From assembly GCA_001938485.1 (NCBI GenBank), contig MQRK01243661.1:62001-115348 (forward strand): a stretch of 53,348 nt of DNA. Reading direction: 5' to 3'. Made by a program: the position numbers and the translations under genes. This DNA is from Girardia tigrina. Taxonomy: Eukaryota. The notes below the pieces were generated by a model. The model did no database searches. It was not told the origin of the DNA and saw only the letters and a list, made by a program, of their open reading frames with translations. Each line of letters starts with the position of its first letter. The first letter of the stretch is position 1. Positions 13,341-26,034 of the stretch are shown here, in pieces.

Positions 13341-14191
13341 AATATTTGAAATTATTATTTTATCTTCTATTTTACTATTTTATTATTAGTAATAATTATT
13401 AACGGACTGAGTAATTAACAGTATAGACGTTACGTGATGGTCTTTTGGAACATCATATTATTGGATTGCGATCATCTCTGACTTTAAATCTACCCGACCT
13501 TTCGGTAATTTGTAGCGAAATTTGGTCAATTGACAAATTATACAATTAAACCTTCAGTCTTTATAATACTTATAATAAAAAACCCTCATAATAAACATAC
13601 AGTTAAGTAAATATTTAAACGATGATAAGTTACAAGTCTGAGACATACAAATGTGTAGAGATGACAGTTGTAACAATAATTAATAATAATATTATTTAAT
13701 CAATTTTATTATGATTTTACTATCAGATACCGAGTCGGTCTGTCAGTCATTATCATTATGTCTGTTAGAGATCCAAAGATCCCGAAGGCGCTCAGACTGC
13801 AGAAATTTAATTGAGTAGAAAGCCTTCAAAAATAGGTTTCTAAATTCCTTGGATATATATAGAAAGCAAGCTAATATAAAAATATGATTATCGAGTATAA
13901 AAATAGTATAAAAAACAATTATTGATAAATAGTCAGTGACCAACTATTTATAATTTAGATTAATTAATACATATATACCACTCTGGTGGTTAAAGTATCA
14001 TGATACCAGTGAACCTGTATATACTCAAAGATATGTGATAAGTGGAAGCAAGCACACTCACGTGCATTGATGGAAAACCCACGAACAATTGGTATAAAAT
14101 ATAAATAAATAAAACACAAACTGATAATTCTCGGGGATGAACATGCTACACATATGATATTTAGCAACGAAAGTTCTGATTTGCAAAAGTA

Positions 14192-14364
14192 TATCAGTAA
14201 GGGGAAAATGTGTGTGCTCCCTCACTACCCCCACAGGAGGGACACATGCGCTAATTGAAGGTTGTAAAAGTAATTTTGAAGGTTGATATTGTAATTTTCA
14301 ATTTCGGTATTTTCTATATATTTTTCTGTATTTATTCTATATTTTTCGGTATTTATTTATATAC

Positions 14365-14404
<40 letters not shown>

Positions 14405-14454
14405 NNNNNNNNNNNNNNNNNNNNNNNNNNNNNNNNNNNNNNNNNNNNNNNNNN

Positions 14455-14505
<51 letters not shown>

Positions 14506-15233
14506 TGAAAAAGGGAGTAGAAATCGACTTTTCAAATATGTGTACAATAAGAATGCAATGTATATACAATCTATGTACAATGTGTACTCTACTGACTTTT
14601 TTAAAAATTTTAAAATTAAATCTGACTATACATATATAAGTTCCTATCCTACAGTTTTCATATTGTGCTTTGCTCTCCCTGCCTACGTATGTCTACCCTA
14701 GGCAGTCTGGGAACCGAAAGATCGATTTGAAAATTAATTTGGAAAATTTTGACCTAGATTCCGAATATTGACCTATAGTTTTTTATCCATGTACACTAGC
14801 AAAATTTTGATATTGTGCTTCCATCATCCTTTAAAATATATACGCATTCTACACCACTTTAAACTTTAACCTTTATTATAGGAAAAATAAATCAATATTT
14901 TAAAATTCCAATTGGATAGAAAATCTAAATATGCATCAAAATAATTTGCACTTCTTGAAATTGGGAAATTTCGAATTTATCAATTTTGGCACACTTTCAC
15001 ATGTGCAGTACACTGTGCTCTATCGATTAGTACATGTGTCATATCAATTAGCACACTTGAACACTGTTCAGCGATCGATAAGCACTTTTTGCACTGTTCC
15101 TATGGTTACGGCACCCATTTCCATGGGTTACCATGGCAAAGAGCCAATCGATAGTGCACATGTGCAATATCGGTTAACATATGTGCCCATCTGAGGGTAG
15201 TGTGGGAGAGCCTATATTTTTCCCTACTTATAT
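14192..15233. mobile_element. Non-autonomous inverted-repeat element with an internal (TA)n array and gap
   Basis: About 65-bp imperfect TIRs (agtaaggggaaaatgtg...cactaccccca...gggacacatg vs catatgtgcccatctgagggtagtgtggg...tttttccctact). Confidence 0.6.
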
Positions 15234-15369
15234 AATGAAAATATTATAAAAGTTCTCTATAATCATAACACAAACAATTCATGTCCATGACGGCTCTCGA
15301 GTCTCAAGTAACTTATGCGTAGGATGAGAATCTGTCTTTCGAATAATTTCAGTACATTTTCTCTCAAAA

Positions 15370-15567
15370 AACATTAAAAAATAATAAGACATAAAAATAA
15401 TATTATGATTCTCAAGTGTAAAGTCGATGATATCAGGCAAAAATTCAAGCATGAAGAATCTAAAAAATAATGTAGAATCTAAATGCTTGAATTTTTACCT
15501 TATATCATCGACTTTTCACCTGAGAATCATAGCAATATTATCTTTTGTTTTATTATATTTTAATGTC
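15370..15567. repeat. About 200-bp imperfect palindrome (MITE-like hairpin)
   Basis: atgattctcaagtgtaaagtcgatgata...aaaaattcaagcat is mirrored by atgcttgaatttttac...tatcatcgacttttcacctgagaatcat. Confidence 0.75.
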
Positions 15568-15639
15568 CTAAGAATAAGAAAAAAATCTTAATTGATTTAT
15601 TTTGAATTTTTCTATTAAAAAAAAGAAAATCGAAAAACG

Positions 15640-16492
15640 GTTTTTTGTAAAAAATGAGCCTTTTATTTTGAACAAACATCCTCAAACATCCATTGTACGA
15701 TACCTTCACGCTCTTGGCAAGGTCAATAAACGATGTCGAGAAGTGCCTCATGAATTGACACAAATTCAAGCCGAAAAGCGTTTCGAAACTTGTCAAAAAT
15801 TGCTTGAAAATCCGCGTGATGACCGTTTTATCCGTTGAATTGTAACTTGCGATGAAAAGTGGCTTTACTTCAGTAATCCAGACCAAAAAATCAATGAATG
15901 GACCCCGGACAAATGGCGAAACCGATAGCGAAACGAGATCGTTTCTCAAGGAAGACACTTTTGTGTGTTTGGTGGAATTTCGAAGGCGTGATTCACTTCA
16001 AGCTGGTTCCAAATGGTCGTACCATCGACGCTGAACTTTACTGTGCCCAACTTGATCGAATGTATGCGGCACTTGGCGAGAAATAACCCGCTTTGATCAA
16101 TCGAAAGCGAGTTCTACTACAACAGGACAATGCAAAACCGCACACTGCCAAACAAACAAAAGAAAAAATCTCGACGCCTTTGAACTTCTTCTACACCCAG
16201 CGTATAGTCCGGATCCTGCGTCATCCGACTATCACCTTTTCCGCTCTATGACACACTTTCTTCGTGGTCGCAGCTTCAAATATCTGGCCGAGGTCGAAAA
16301 CGGGTGTCACCAGTTCTTCGCTTCTAAGAACAAGGATTGGTACCGCAGCGGGATCGCACAACTTACCCATAGATGGGTTCAAGCTATAGATTCAAATGGG
16401 CTTTACTTTGAAACTTAAGTGTTTTTTATTTGTTGTAAAATTATGTTTAAATTTTTAATAAAAAATACGAAAAGACTTTTGGTTCACCCTAA
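15640..16492 (+). mobile_element. 5'-truncated mariner transposase pseudogene with right TIR
   Basis: VPHELT, IVTCDEKW, LLCVWWNFEGVIH, QQDNAKPH, HPAYSPD..SDYHLF motifs with stops and frameshifts; ends ...ttttggttcaccctaa followed by TA. Confidence 0.9.
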
Positions 16493-16771
16493 TATAACCT
16501 AAATAAAACTCAATCAAATCTGTATAAATATCAATTCAATCTTGGTGTTTACCTAATCAGTATCAACAAATCTGAATTAAATCTGCAAATTCCAAAAAAC
16601 TGCCAATTTTTATTTTTTCATATTAGTTTTTTTGTTATTTTATTATAGTATTTGTGATATTTTCAAAGGAAATTAATTGTACTTTGTTTAAATATGGTTC
16701 CGGCATATTTTGATGCATTTTTAAAATTTTAATCAATAAATCTTTTATTCTAAATTTTGTATCTGATAATA

Positions 16772-17288
16772 CAGTTAAGTGCCTCTTAACCGCCACCCTC
16801 TATTAATCGGCAAAAAAATCTGATTTTTTTATTTCACATTGAAAGTTTCTATCAGCCGCCATTTTCTGTCAACCACCATGTAGAATATGACATGATGATG
16901 TGTTTAACTGTGGTGTGATAGTAAAATTGTTGTTTTAATATTCACTTTTTTTCAAATTTGCCGCGCAATCATTTTTATTGTCTAAGAAATCGTATTTTGT
17001 GTCTCTCGCGTATTTTCGATTTTAGTGTTTGAATCACACACCATTTTTAAAATATTTCAAAATAGAGCCCAATGCAGGGTTAGACTCGTCCATCGGAGCT
17101 AGTTGAATGATTATGGTATGTGTGAGATTGTTGTGGTGAAGATTGATGAAAACACTAATCCCGGCTTAAGATACCTCAGAGGCATCCAGATTTTTAAGTT
17201 TTTGTTAAATTTTAAATTACAGTTAAATTCCTCTTAACCACCAAATTTTGTCAGGAACCGTTTTTGGCGGTTAAAAGGAACTTTACTG
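16772..17288. mobile_element. Tigger/pogo-type MITE
   Basis: TA|CAGTTAAGTGCCTCTTAACCGCCA ... TGGCGGTTAAAAGGAACTTTACTG|TA, with a subterminal repeat of the TIR at about 17220. Confidence 0.8.
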
Positions 17289-18809
17289 TAATAGAATATT
17301 TTTGGTATCAAATTTTTTAGTGACCAAAAGAAGTAATTCTGAATCAAATTGGAATTGCATTTCGGATTGTACATATTCCAACGAAATTATTAGGATAAAT
17401 TATTAGATTTGATTTCTGATATCATTTTATTAATCCCGAATCCAATCATAATAATTTCGTCACACTATGTACAATCTAAAATACCATTTTAATTTGATAG
17501 AAACTTACTTCTGTTGATCGAGAAAACAGTCATTTGTATTCGGTCATTCAACGAATCAGTCAGCTGTTGTTGCTTGAAAGAAATCAAAGCAATTCCCAAT
17601 CTATCAATATGATCGGTATCTCAATCAATTATTTCTACGTGAATTCTCGAAAGACTGTCTGTTGTCTTGGAACTGGACCACATTCAACAATGATATTTTT
17701 CAAATCGTTGCGAATAAATTGAAATTTAATATCAATTATAAGAACGGAATGGTTCTAATTTATATCAAGAAATCGTTCAATTCAATCTCCAACCTTAGCT
17801 GCAGTCTCACAGTTAGGAAGATAATTATGTTGTCTAGAACGCAATTTCAGCTATTGTTGGTATGATGGACGATTTTGCAACTGTCGAAAAAGACAAAAAT
17901 TTTAGTGTAACCGACAACTTACAAGAACTTTCCCAAAGAAACATCAATAAATAATAAAAGCGAATAATTAAGAGGTCAGACCGATCAAATCAGTATTTCA
18001 ATTACAAACAATACATATAGCTATTCCAGTTTCACACACTATCTTCTTAACCATCACTTCATCAACTTTTTATTTCTATGAATCAAAATTTAGTAAGTCA
18101 ATTTCAGAAATATTTTGACTTTAGATATGGCAATGGTTCTCTTCACTGGCCATGTGGTTGTTTATTTCTTGAACAGAAAGCAAAGATATATTCATTTAAC
18201 TGCCAATTATCAATTAATATTTTTACTTTTTCAGGATTTGATTTTTTTCTCGTGATTTTCAGTATTGATATGTCATCGCCGGTCTCAGCGCTGTCCATCG
18301 GATCGTATCTCGCGTTGCTGTTCGTCGTCGGTGGAGTATCGCGATCCTAGATTATATGAGAGGCTCGCCGTACCGAATTCTAATCCCGCCTGATTCGTCC
18401 CGGTTTCATTTTTTGTTTCGATCAACACGAATTTGTTGGACCGCTGGCTCGATCCGTTAACGTCGCGATAGTCAGAATCGCTGCTCCTGGCACGGGGGTA
18501 AAATACCGCACCTGTGTCGTTTTGTGTTCCAAAAGGGAAATAAACAGGGTTCAACGCCATTTTTGAATGTTAATTTGATTTATTGAGAAAACGAAGACGA
18601 CATTTGAAATTTTTTATTTATTAAAATTAGTAAAAGAAATACATTGTTTCCATAAAACAATAATCTTTTTTCTTTTTATTGATATCTGTATAAAACTTTC
18701 ATAAAATTTTTACATTGACAAATAATTTTTTACAAGAAAAAAATAGTTTTTTTAAAAATTGGTAATTTTTTACATGGAAATAAAAAGAGGTTTTGTTATA
18801 TTTTTTCTG

Positions 18810-19470
18810 TTAACATGTTGTGGTACACAACATTCAGCAATTTCTTTAAAAACTCTTACCAAACCAGATGCTGACGAGGAAAAATTCTTATTTTTCACTT
18901 TTCGTACACACATGAGATTTATTAATTAAATGCTATTTTAAAAAGTCAAAATACCACTCACCATCCAACCTTTTTCCATTGACAAAATCATTATGACATC
19001 AACAATCTCCTGCAAAGTGGTAAGTGTAGTTGTCACAATTTCGAAGTTGATTTGCCAAGATTGAGAGAGGCTTAAGAAATTTTTTCAGGGCATGTAAAAT
19101 TATAATTCCTTTGCGTGTATGAATTGTCAGTAGAAGGCCATCAGCCTCTGAGGATAAATCACAACTGTTGGCATGAATTTCTTGCTGTTAGAAACTTTTG
19201 GGAGAGGCCGCTCTATAAAATATTCTTTAAAAAATACACAATAGTTATCCGTAGTTAACCATGAATGCTTATCACGGTATTTTTCAGATTTCCGTTTCTT
19301 TGGTGGTTGTTCAAAAGTTACGTCATGAAAATTGACAGGGTCATTAAGGTAAGTCGCGGAAACTTGAGTTTGTTCGGTAGAAGAGCTAATATCCACAGTG
19401 GTACGAATTTTAGTAAAATAATTAAGTAGAGATGTGGCAGGTCGCTTCTTGGAACTCATTGTTGGTTTAT
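18810..19470 (-). mobile_element. hAT (ZMYM1-like) transposase 5' remnant with TTF-type zinc finger
   Basis: MSSKKRP..SLLNYF start and KHSWL...YCVFFKEY, resembling the TTF zinc finger W..W.....C..C; heavily degraded. Confidence 0.5.
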
Positions 19471-20234
19471 CACTGTATTTGTATAAATAACACTAATACT
19501 GAAGTTAACACTGAGGATAGACAATGCAGTACAGTTGCTTCTTTTCACAATAATGTAGGAACGCTGTGAAGGACAAACTACAGTCGCTTTCAGATAATAG
19601 CAACTTTTGAACACTTGTTTGTAAATTATATAGTAAAAATCAAAATCTTAAAATAAATACCCAATAAAAACACAATAGTAAATTGAAATCTTACTTTAAG
19701 AATTGAAATTTAATAGTGATCTTAAATATTAAAAATAATTTCTAACCCTATACTTACACACTATATACATACAATACACACATACAGAAGTCAAAACACA
19801 AGTAACACACATGCACTTTCATTAAAGTTAATTGTAAATCTTTCAGCTAATTGCAAAAAACTTTAAAAAATTTTATTTCGAACTAATGGAAAATTATCAA
19901 TATTCCCCGATTTCCAGTCTAAGCGACAATGAAATAAGGTTTTTTCGTTAATAAAAATCATGTTTATTGTTAACGAATCATAGCTGTGAGATAACGAAAA
20001 GAAGACCAGAAAATCGTAATTTTTATAATTTTTTCAATCATTATTTAAATACCTTTTCTAGAGTTACTAAAATTGTTAAGGATGGGCTTATTAGGGTTTA
20101 TAGTTATTAGGGCTTACACTAACTCAGAGGATTACCTGACCCTGGTCAGGCCACTAGACATATCAGATTCGGCAGCCAAAAATAGTGTTTAAATACCATA
20201 GATATGCTGTTATTTCTTTTGAAAATGAGAAGGT

Positions 20235-20415
20235 TATAGGAAACCCATAATTAATGATGAAGTTGAGCAGTCAATTATTGAATACGTAGAAGGCCATTCT
20301 AAATCAACATTGGCTGAAATGCAGAAATACGTTAAGAAAAATAAAGAAATTGAAATATCGCAACCAACAATATCAAGATTCTTCACTGGGCAGTTACTTA
20401 CAAAAAAGAAAACCA
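20235..20415 (+). mobile_element. IS630/Tc1-like transposase HTH fragment
   Basis: IEYVEGHSKSTLAEMQKYV...EISQPTISRF...LLTKKK. Confidence 0.5.
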
Positions 20416-21059
20416 GTAAATTAGTAATATTCAAATGCGAATTACTAATTAGTGTCACTTTATTATTAATAGCTGAAAGTGAATTTAACTATAAACTTAC
20501 TTGAGTGTCATTACTTGAAATGGCTGACAAAATATAATTGGCCACTGTCTCACTGAATTTGACAGTATATATGTTTGTGCGATACACACCCACTGTCACT
20601 GAATCTTCTCATGTGCCAACGTGTATAATCATGGTCATGTGCATTTTCACTAACTGACATTAAATTCATATACACGTCTACGCAACATATGTGTGTATGC
20701 GCAATGCGTACCCACTCTCAACTGTGACATTTTGCTATAGTCTATCACATTTGACTATAATGGCCAACCACCCGGGTGGACTGCCATTTCATTAACCAAC
20801 AACAGTGCGTCACGCACACTCATGTGTGTGTTATACAGTGCGTTTCATTTAACAACAGCAAAATGTTATAATGTGCACATAATAACAGTAAAAGCAATCA
20901 TAATTTTGCTTTAATGTACTGTTATAAAATATTGCAAAAGACTTATATAATGTTATATTATAAAATTGAATGTTATTCAATTTTATGATATAATTTTATG
21001 TACTGTCGATTAATTTCATTTTTGCAATATCATTTTATTTTCAACCGATTGTTATAACG

Positions 21060-21810
21060 ACATCGGCGATGGCGGTCTTCGAGAAGAGCAACGCCGGAGA
21101 AAGTGAACCAGTCCTCATTAGGGCTACAATTGTTGATTGTAACTGGGAATTTATTTACAGCAGCGATATCAATCGATCAATCAATCAGTCGATGTGCGCA
21201 CCAAGCGCGCCCGTGTCGCGATACGAGCGCGCACAGCGGTCTGCGAGCCGGGCCAGGCGGTCTAGGTCGACCGCGGCGACAATCGAGTAAAGCGAGCGAT
21301 CGATCGACTGGCGGACGACGGGAACCTGCACGGACTGGAGGCGCGAGCACGCGATCCGGTAGTTTCTGGCCGACAATCGATCGATTGTCGCTATTTGAAG
21401 CCGGCGGCGACGACGATGGCGAAGGAGCAGCGGGAGAACTGATCGATTCGTCCTCGTCGTCGTCGTTACTAATCTCGATGATCGATGATTTCTCGGATCG
21501 ATCCTATCGAACGATTGATTGTCGTCGATTATCGGTTGATAGAGCGTCGGTAAATCGATTATATTGTTGCGACTATCGATTAAAGGCGGCGGCGGCGGTA
21601 TTTCATCGTCGATTCATCGATTCATAATTGAATCGACACGCGGGATAAACTATTTTAAACCGCGTCGGGAAGAGCGTCTCCAAATTCGGTATCCCGTCAA
21701 TCGAATATCGATAATTATCGATCGATTTTCGATAACCGATCAATACTTGTCGATTTTCGTTGATATAATCTTGTCCTTTGTTGTACGCCGATACAATTCT
21801 CTCTGTCATT
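21060..21810 (-). pseudogene. GC-rich island with a decayed reading frame of unknown identity
   Basis: Abrupt GC/CpG rise with many ATCGAT/CGATCG words. The minus frame from ATG 21809 continues through three stops into protein-like SSIIEISNDDDEDESISSPAAPSPSSSPP. Confidence 0.35.
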
Positions 21811-22256
21811 CTTAAAAACTCTGAAAAATGAGGAAATAAATCAAGTAAAAAGTTTAAACATCTTACGATTTTCGTTTCTTTTTAGCATGAATTTCATGAG
21901 AAACATCCATTGCTGGGTCAGTATTATTGTCTGACGCCGAAGAAATGGTTTCCAATTCATAATTCATTTTTTTAACTTTTCTGAGATACTGCTGTTAAAA
22001 GAGCCTTAAATTGTTAAATGATTCTAAAATGTTGTGTGTTTTGATGTTTGTATGTATGTATATATGTGTGTATTTGTGTGTATATGCTTGTGTGAGTGTG
22101 TGTAACTTAAATTCCTATAGTAAATGTTATTGTTAAAAGATCTTCAACTGTTATTTCATAGGATAATTATATTCAACCAATTTTTTAAGGTTAGAATTTC
22201 GTATCCTGCTGTTGTTAAATGAAACGCACTGTATATACCCATAGCACATATATATA

Positions 22257-22292
<36 letters not shown>

Positions 22293-22787
22293 AGTACATA
22301 TATATACTGACTGACAAACACCCTAATACACTGACACTGCTGTTTGTATATTAATATGTACAAAATATGTGAATACGTCGCTCAATGTCTAACCTAATAT
22401 AGCGATGGCATCTCATTTAGGCTATGTTAATATAGAGACAGGATGATAGAAACCCATTTATTTTTAAGTGTGTATGTGTGATGTAGTTTTGCTCAATTAT
22501 TTGAATAGTATGTCGTTATTTCAGTGTCATTACTTGAAAACATTTGGATTTTTATTGCTAAATATGGCTTATAATTGGAATATTTTTGAGGGGGAAGCGA
22601 TAAATTTTGGGGTGGAATGCTTCCCCCCGTACAGGACTGGAAGAAACATTGTTTCGTTCAAATTATTTCAACAATTCAGATTTAATGTATTTATAATTCA
22701 TTTTCACAAAAGTCAATCAATTTTTGTATTTCCACCAACTTTCAACAATATTATTTAAACAACTTACAAATTTCTGTATTTTTCCAG

Positions 22788-23990
22788 ACCTTGGTTTTCA
22801 GCAATCAATCCCTCATAGAACCATTCCTAACATTCATGAATGGTCTTCATCTTAGTATCAAATTCACCACAGAATTGGAAGTAGGTAATAAATTTCCCTT
22901 TCTTTACATTCTTCTCCTTAGGATGAATGGAGACTATAAAATTGAATTAATCAGAAAAACAGCAGGTACAGGTCTTTACACAACACCACAGTGTTTTTGT
23001 GAGGACAAATATAGAGAGGGTATGATAAAAGGCATTGTTCATAGAGTTTGGAATTTGTCGTCCGGTTTTGAAATTGCAAATTAGGATTTAAATATTCTTA
23101 GAAGGTGCTTGAGGGACAATAAGGGACAAATAAGCAAATAGAACACAATATGAAGATAAAATTAGACAAATTCTTGACAGATGTAAGAGTTAAGAAACAA
23201 TTAAAAGAAGAAAATACTTAAGAATACAAACAAATTATTAAAATACCATATTCTGAAGGATTTAGAGCATTTAAGAAGAGTATTTGTAGAGCAATAAGTA
23301 GTGCTAAAGTAATCTCTGTCATATCCAAAGTTCAAAGTTTCCTCTCAAACAAATCGAAAACAGTTTGTGGTTTGCAAGTTAATCTGGTATAGAAATTTAA
23401 TTGTCACGGGTGTCAAAACTCGTACATCGGAGATATCTCCTGTACGGCCAGGGATCTGCTGTGAGGCCAGGCGGGTATACTTCTACGTAGTATCCCTGAG
23501 AAACTAGATTGGGTTCGATTCCGTCTCTAGGCTAAAGTGCCCGAAAGCTAGCCGATTATTGCGGAAAAGCCGGCAATGTATCGTATTCAGGAAAGTGCTT
23601 GCAATCCATTCACTGAACTACGCTTTATAATCTCGATGTGAACGCTGTGGGGAGTAGTGACCCCGCTGTCGATGGTTGGATTGCATCGTAATGATCTCGG
23701 ATGAATCGATCCTGGTGAATGGTGTTGTAATGACGTCGTTGCATTTTCGAACAGGCGGAACTAAGGCATGGATTCCAACATTGGGGGAGTGCCCGTTCAG
23801 AACTATCAGCGTCCCAGGCCTCCTAAAAAGTCTCAGGCTTAATACCGTTAAAGGAGTAGAGGTGCAGGTGCACATCGTAGAGACAAATCGTCATCTCAAA
23901 ACCCGGATTAGCGAGCACTCGCATATAAGTCAATCGAGTTAGGTCCTTGATCATTGATTATGTTGTAAGGATAGAACCTCATCTATTTCA
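22788..23990 (+). mobile_element. Penelope-like element remnant (RT C-terminus plus GIY-YIG endonuclease), interrupted by a 438-nt insert
   Basis: FLTFMNGLHLSIKFTTELE..KFPFL..L, RK...TGLY, GIVHRV motifs. The GIY-YIG domain V*KFNCHGCQNSYIG|...|ETNRHLKTRISEH is split at 23434-23871. Confidence 0.85.
23434..23871 (+). ncRNA. Structured non-coding insert (SINE-like or retrocopied structured RNA), identity unresolved
   Basis: Flanked by acatcggaga / acatcgtaga; Pol III B-box GGTTCGATTCC at 23512-23522; several long-range complementary segments (see findings). Confidence 0.45.
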
Positions 23991-23995
23991 AACAC

Positions 23996-24486
23996 TTGAA
24001 CGAGAACAATGACAGAAATGATGACAGGAGGTCACAAATCAGACGAATAAAAAATGGAGAGCAAGTAAAGGACAGAAATGAGGTCCCTCCAGAAAACCAA
24101 AACACTCACAAGGATGAAGACAATATACTGGAAGAAAGTTCAACGGACGAGGAGGATGAAGAGATTATGACAAAAATGTTAAGCCACATGCAATCAAAGT
24201 GGGCGATAGAGTAATGATTGACATACCAGAATATGTACAAGATGCAGTAACGAAGCTAAGAAGACCGTATAAAGGTCCATTCAAAGTTATCAAAGTAACT
24301 CCAACTAATATAAAAGCAATATGGGTAAATGAGCCGATGAAGAAGCCTGTTTATGTTCACACAAACAAATGCAAACCGATACCCCTAGAAACACCAAATG
24401 ATCGAAAGGTAAAACGAAAGGAAAGGATGACAAAGCAAACAAAGGGTTCAGCATCAACTGTCAATGGCGATACGAATACAAAATAG
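23996..24486 (+). mobile_element. Ty3/Gypsy integrase C-terminal remnant (GPY/F domain)
   Basis: RDYDKNVKPHAIKVGDRV...KLRRPYKGPFKV...VHTNKCKP. Confidence 0.75.
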
Positions 24487-24497
24487 ATAATGAGAAT

Positions 24498-26027
24498 ATG
24501 ACGAATGAAGGAAGCTCACAGTATATAGAAAATGTCTTCAAAGAAATGAAGAGGCGAAAAGGACCAGTGACGAGAGAGTGCAATTTACGAAATAGACAAG
24601 TCAACATGCTACAAAATTCGTCACGAGGCACTTATGAATTATATGACCAATATGGACAGTATGGGTTAGTCCACTTGATGAAGCCAACGGCATCTCCACC
24701 AATGATACCAGCACAAAATACCGAGGACGGTATTTATTCGGAACCGATAGAGACAGCACGAGTGCCTGCAACAGTAATGCCACAGAACATATACCCGTAC
24801 GGAAGAGTAATCAACCCTGTCGAGATAGAGAACGGCCATCGAAATGAAACCAGAGAGTAATGGAAAACGAGAAAACGAAACAATGCCGAGAGATGATGCA
24901 AGAAAGCATTGGATATAAGCTTGAAGTTGTTTGTACCTATATCATCCGCCTGGTTATTCATTCTAACAGTCATGATAATACTAGGGTCGACAAAGGTAAT
25001 CAATATAGTGGTCAAAAATGGAAGGGACTTGAAACTAGGTCTCACCATGCTACGTTTCAACAGATATGAGAGCAGTAACGAAGTAAAATTTTGCCACATG
25101 AAATCGAGTGATAATACTTATTGCGAACGAGAGCAGAGCAAGAATGACACGCTAGTATTTGAATGGCCAATAACTATCAATATCGCAACTATAAAGAAGA
25201 CTCACGGAGATGATCTCAATAAATGGGAATTAACCGATGTTGAGGGATACAAAATAAATCAGCATGGAGACTACAGGATCAACATAGATTGTTTACAAAC
25301 AATATAACGAGAAATGGTGGAATTTACGCATGTGAAAGAATATGACCAAGTACAAAAAATCGAGGTCGATATAAAAATTTATGAGCAAAAGATACAGTTT
25401 CATACATTATTACGAGAAGGCGAAAATGTCAGAATAGTATATCGCTCAATACCCTTCGGAACAACAATGATGATGACATCACAGCACTCAAATACGACGG
25501 TGCATCGATTCAATAATAGAACTAGTTCAGAACATATAATAATGCTCTATAATAAAATGTTGGAGTCCAATAATCCATATAAAGACCTTGTAAAAACAAA
25601 CGGGAGATATGAAGTCTATCAAATAGAAAGATCACGAACAGGAAAGGAACACACACGACTATTAAAACCAAAAGAGTGGACAGAAGGAGTGGAAGATGAG
25701 ATATATCAATTATTTGAAACAAGGCTTCAAACGATAAAAAATCAAGAAGTACAAGAACAAGATATCTACGAGAATCGAATTCGAACTTTCAGAAATTTCC
25801 GGTTAGATTGGAATCGACGACATCAAAAAATCAAAGAGACAAAGAATCATGATAAAGTAATAATGATGGCTACAAATTACCGCAAAGGGAATATAGTGAT
25901 TTGGAAAGAAAAGACGGGAGGAAGATACGGATCATCTGCAACCTTAACACCCGAGTATATAAATAAATTCCCAATGCAGGTAAGTGTAAAAGAACGATCC
26001 CAAGAATATAAAATTCTTTTATCGTGA
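24498..26027 (+). pseudogene. Third ORF downstream of Gypsy integrase, possibly env-like; disrupted by three stops
   Basis: ORFs 24498, 24909 and 25314 share one frame (510 codons). Contains a hydrophobic segment LFVPISSAWLFILTVMIILGS, cysteines and N-X-T sequons (NDT, NTT). Confidence 0.45.
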
Positions 26028-26034
26028 GTGTAAA

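Noticed and set aside
17509-17880. Stop-codon reassignment as an explanation for stop-containing exon-like blocks
   Set aside because: The intact PTP and EDRF1 exons read cleanly in the standard code, and all three stop types occur in the relics, as expected for decay.
20088-20115. Telomere-like TTAGGG words (also about 33836-33850)
   Set aside because: Only one or two degenerate units; expected by chance.
23560-23840. Group I intron reading of the insert (ATTGCGGAAAAG as P, GTTCAGAACTA as R)
   Set aside because: No convincing S element or P7 pairing, no U/G splice junctions, and the direct-repeat flanks indicate an insertion with TSD.
22788-23990. Hammerhead ribozyme expected with Penelope elements
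   Set aside because: No CTGANGA...GAAA core with supporting stems found here; the LTR region is missing.
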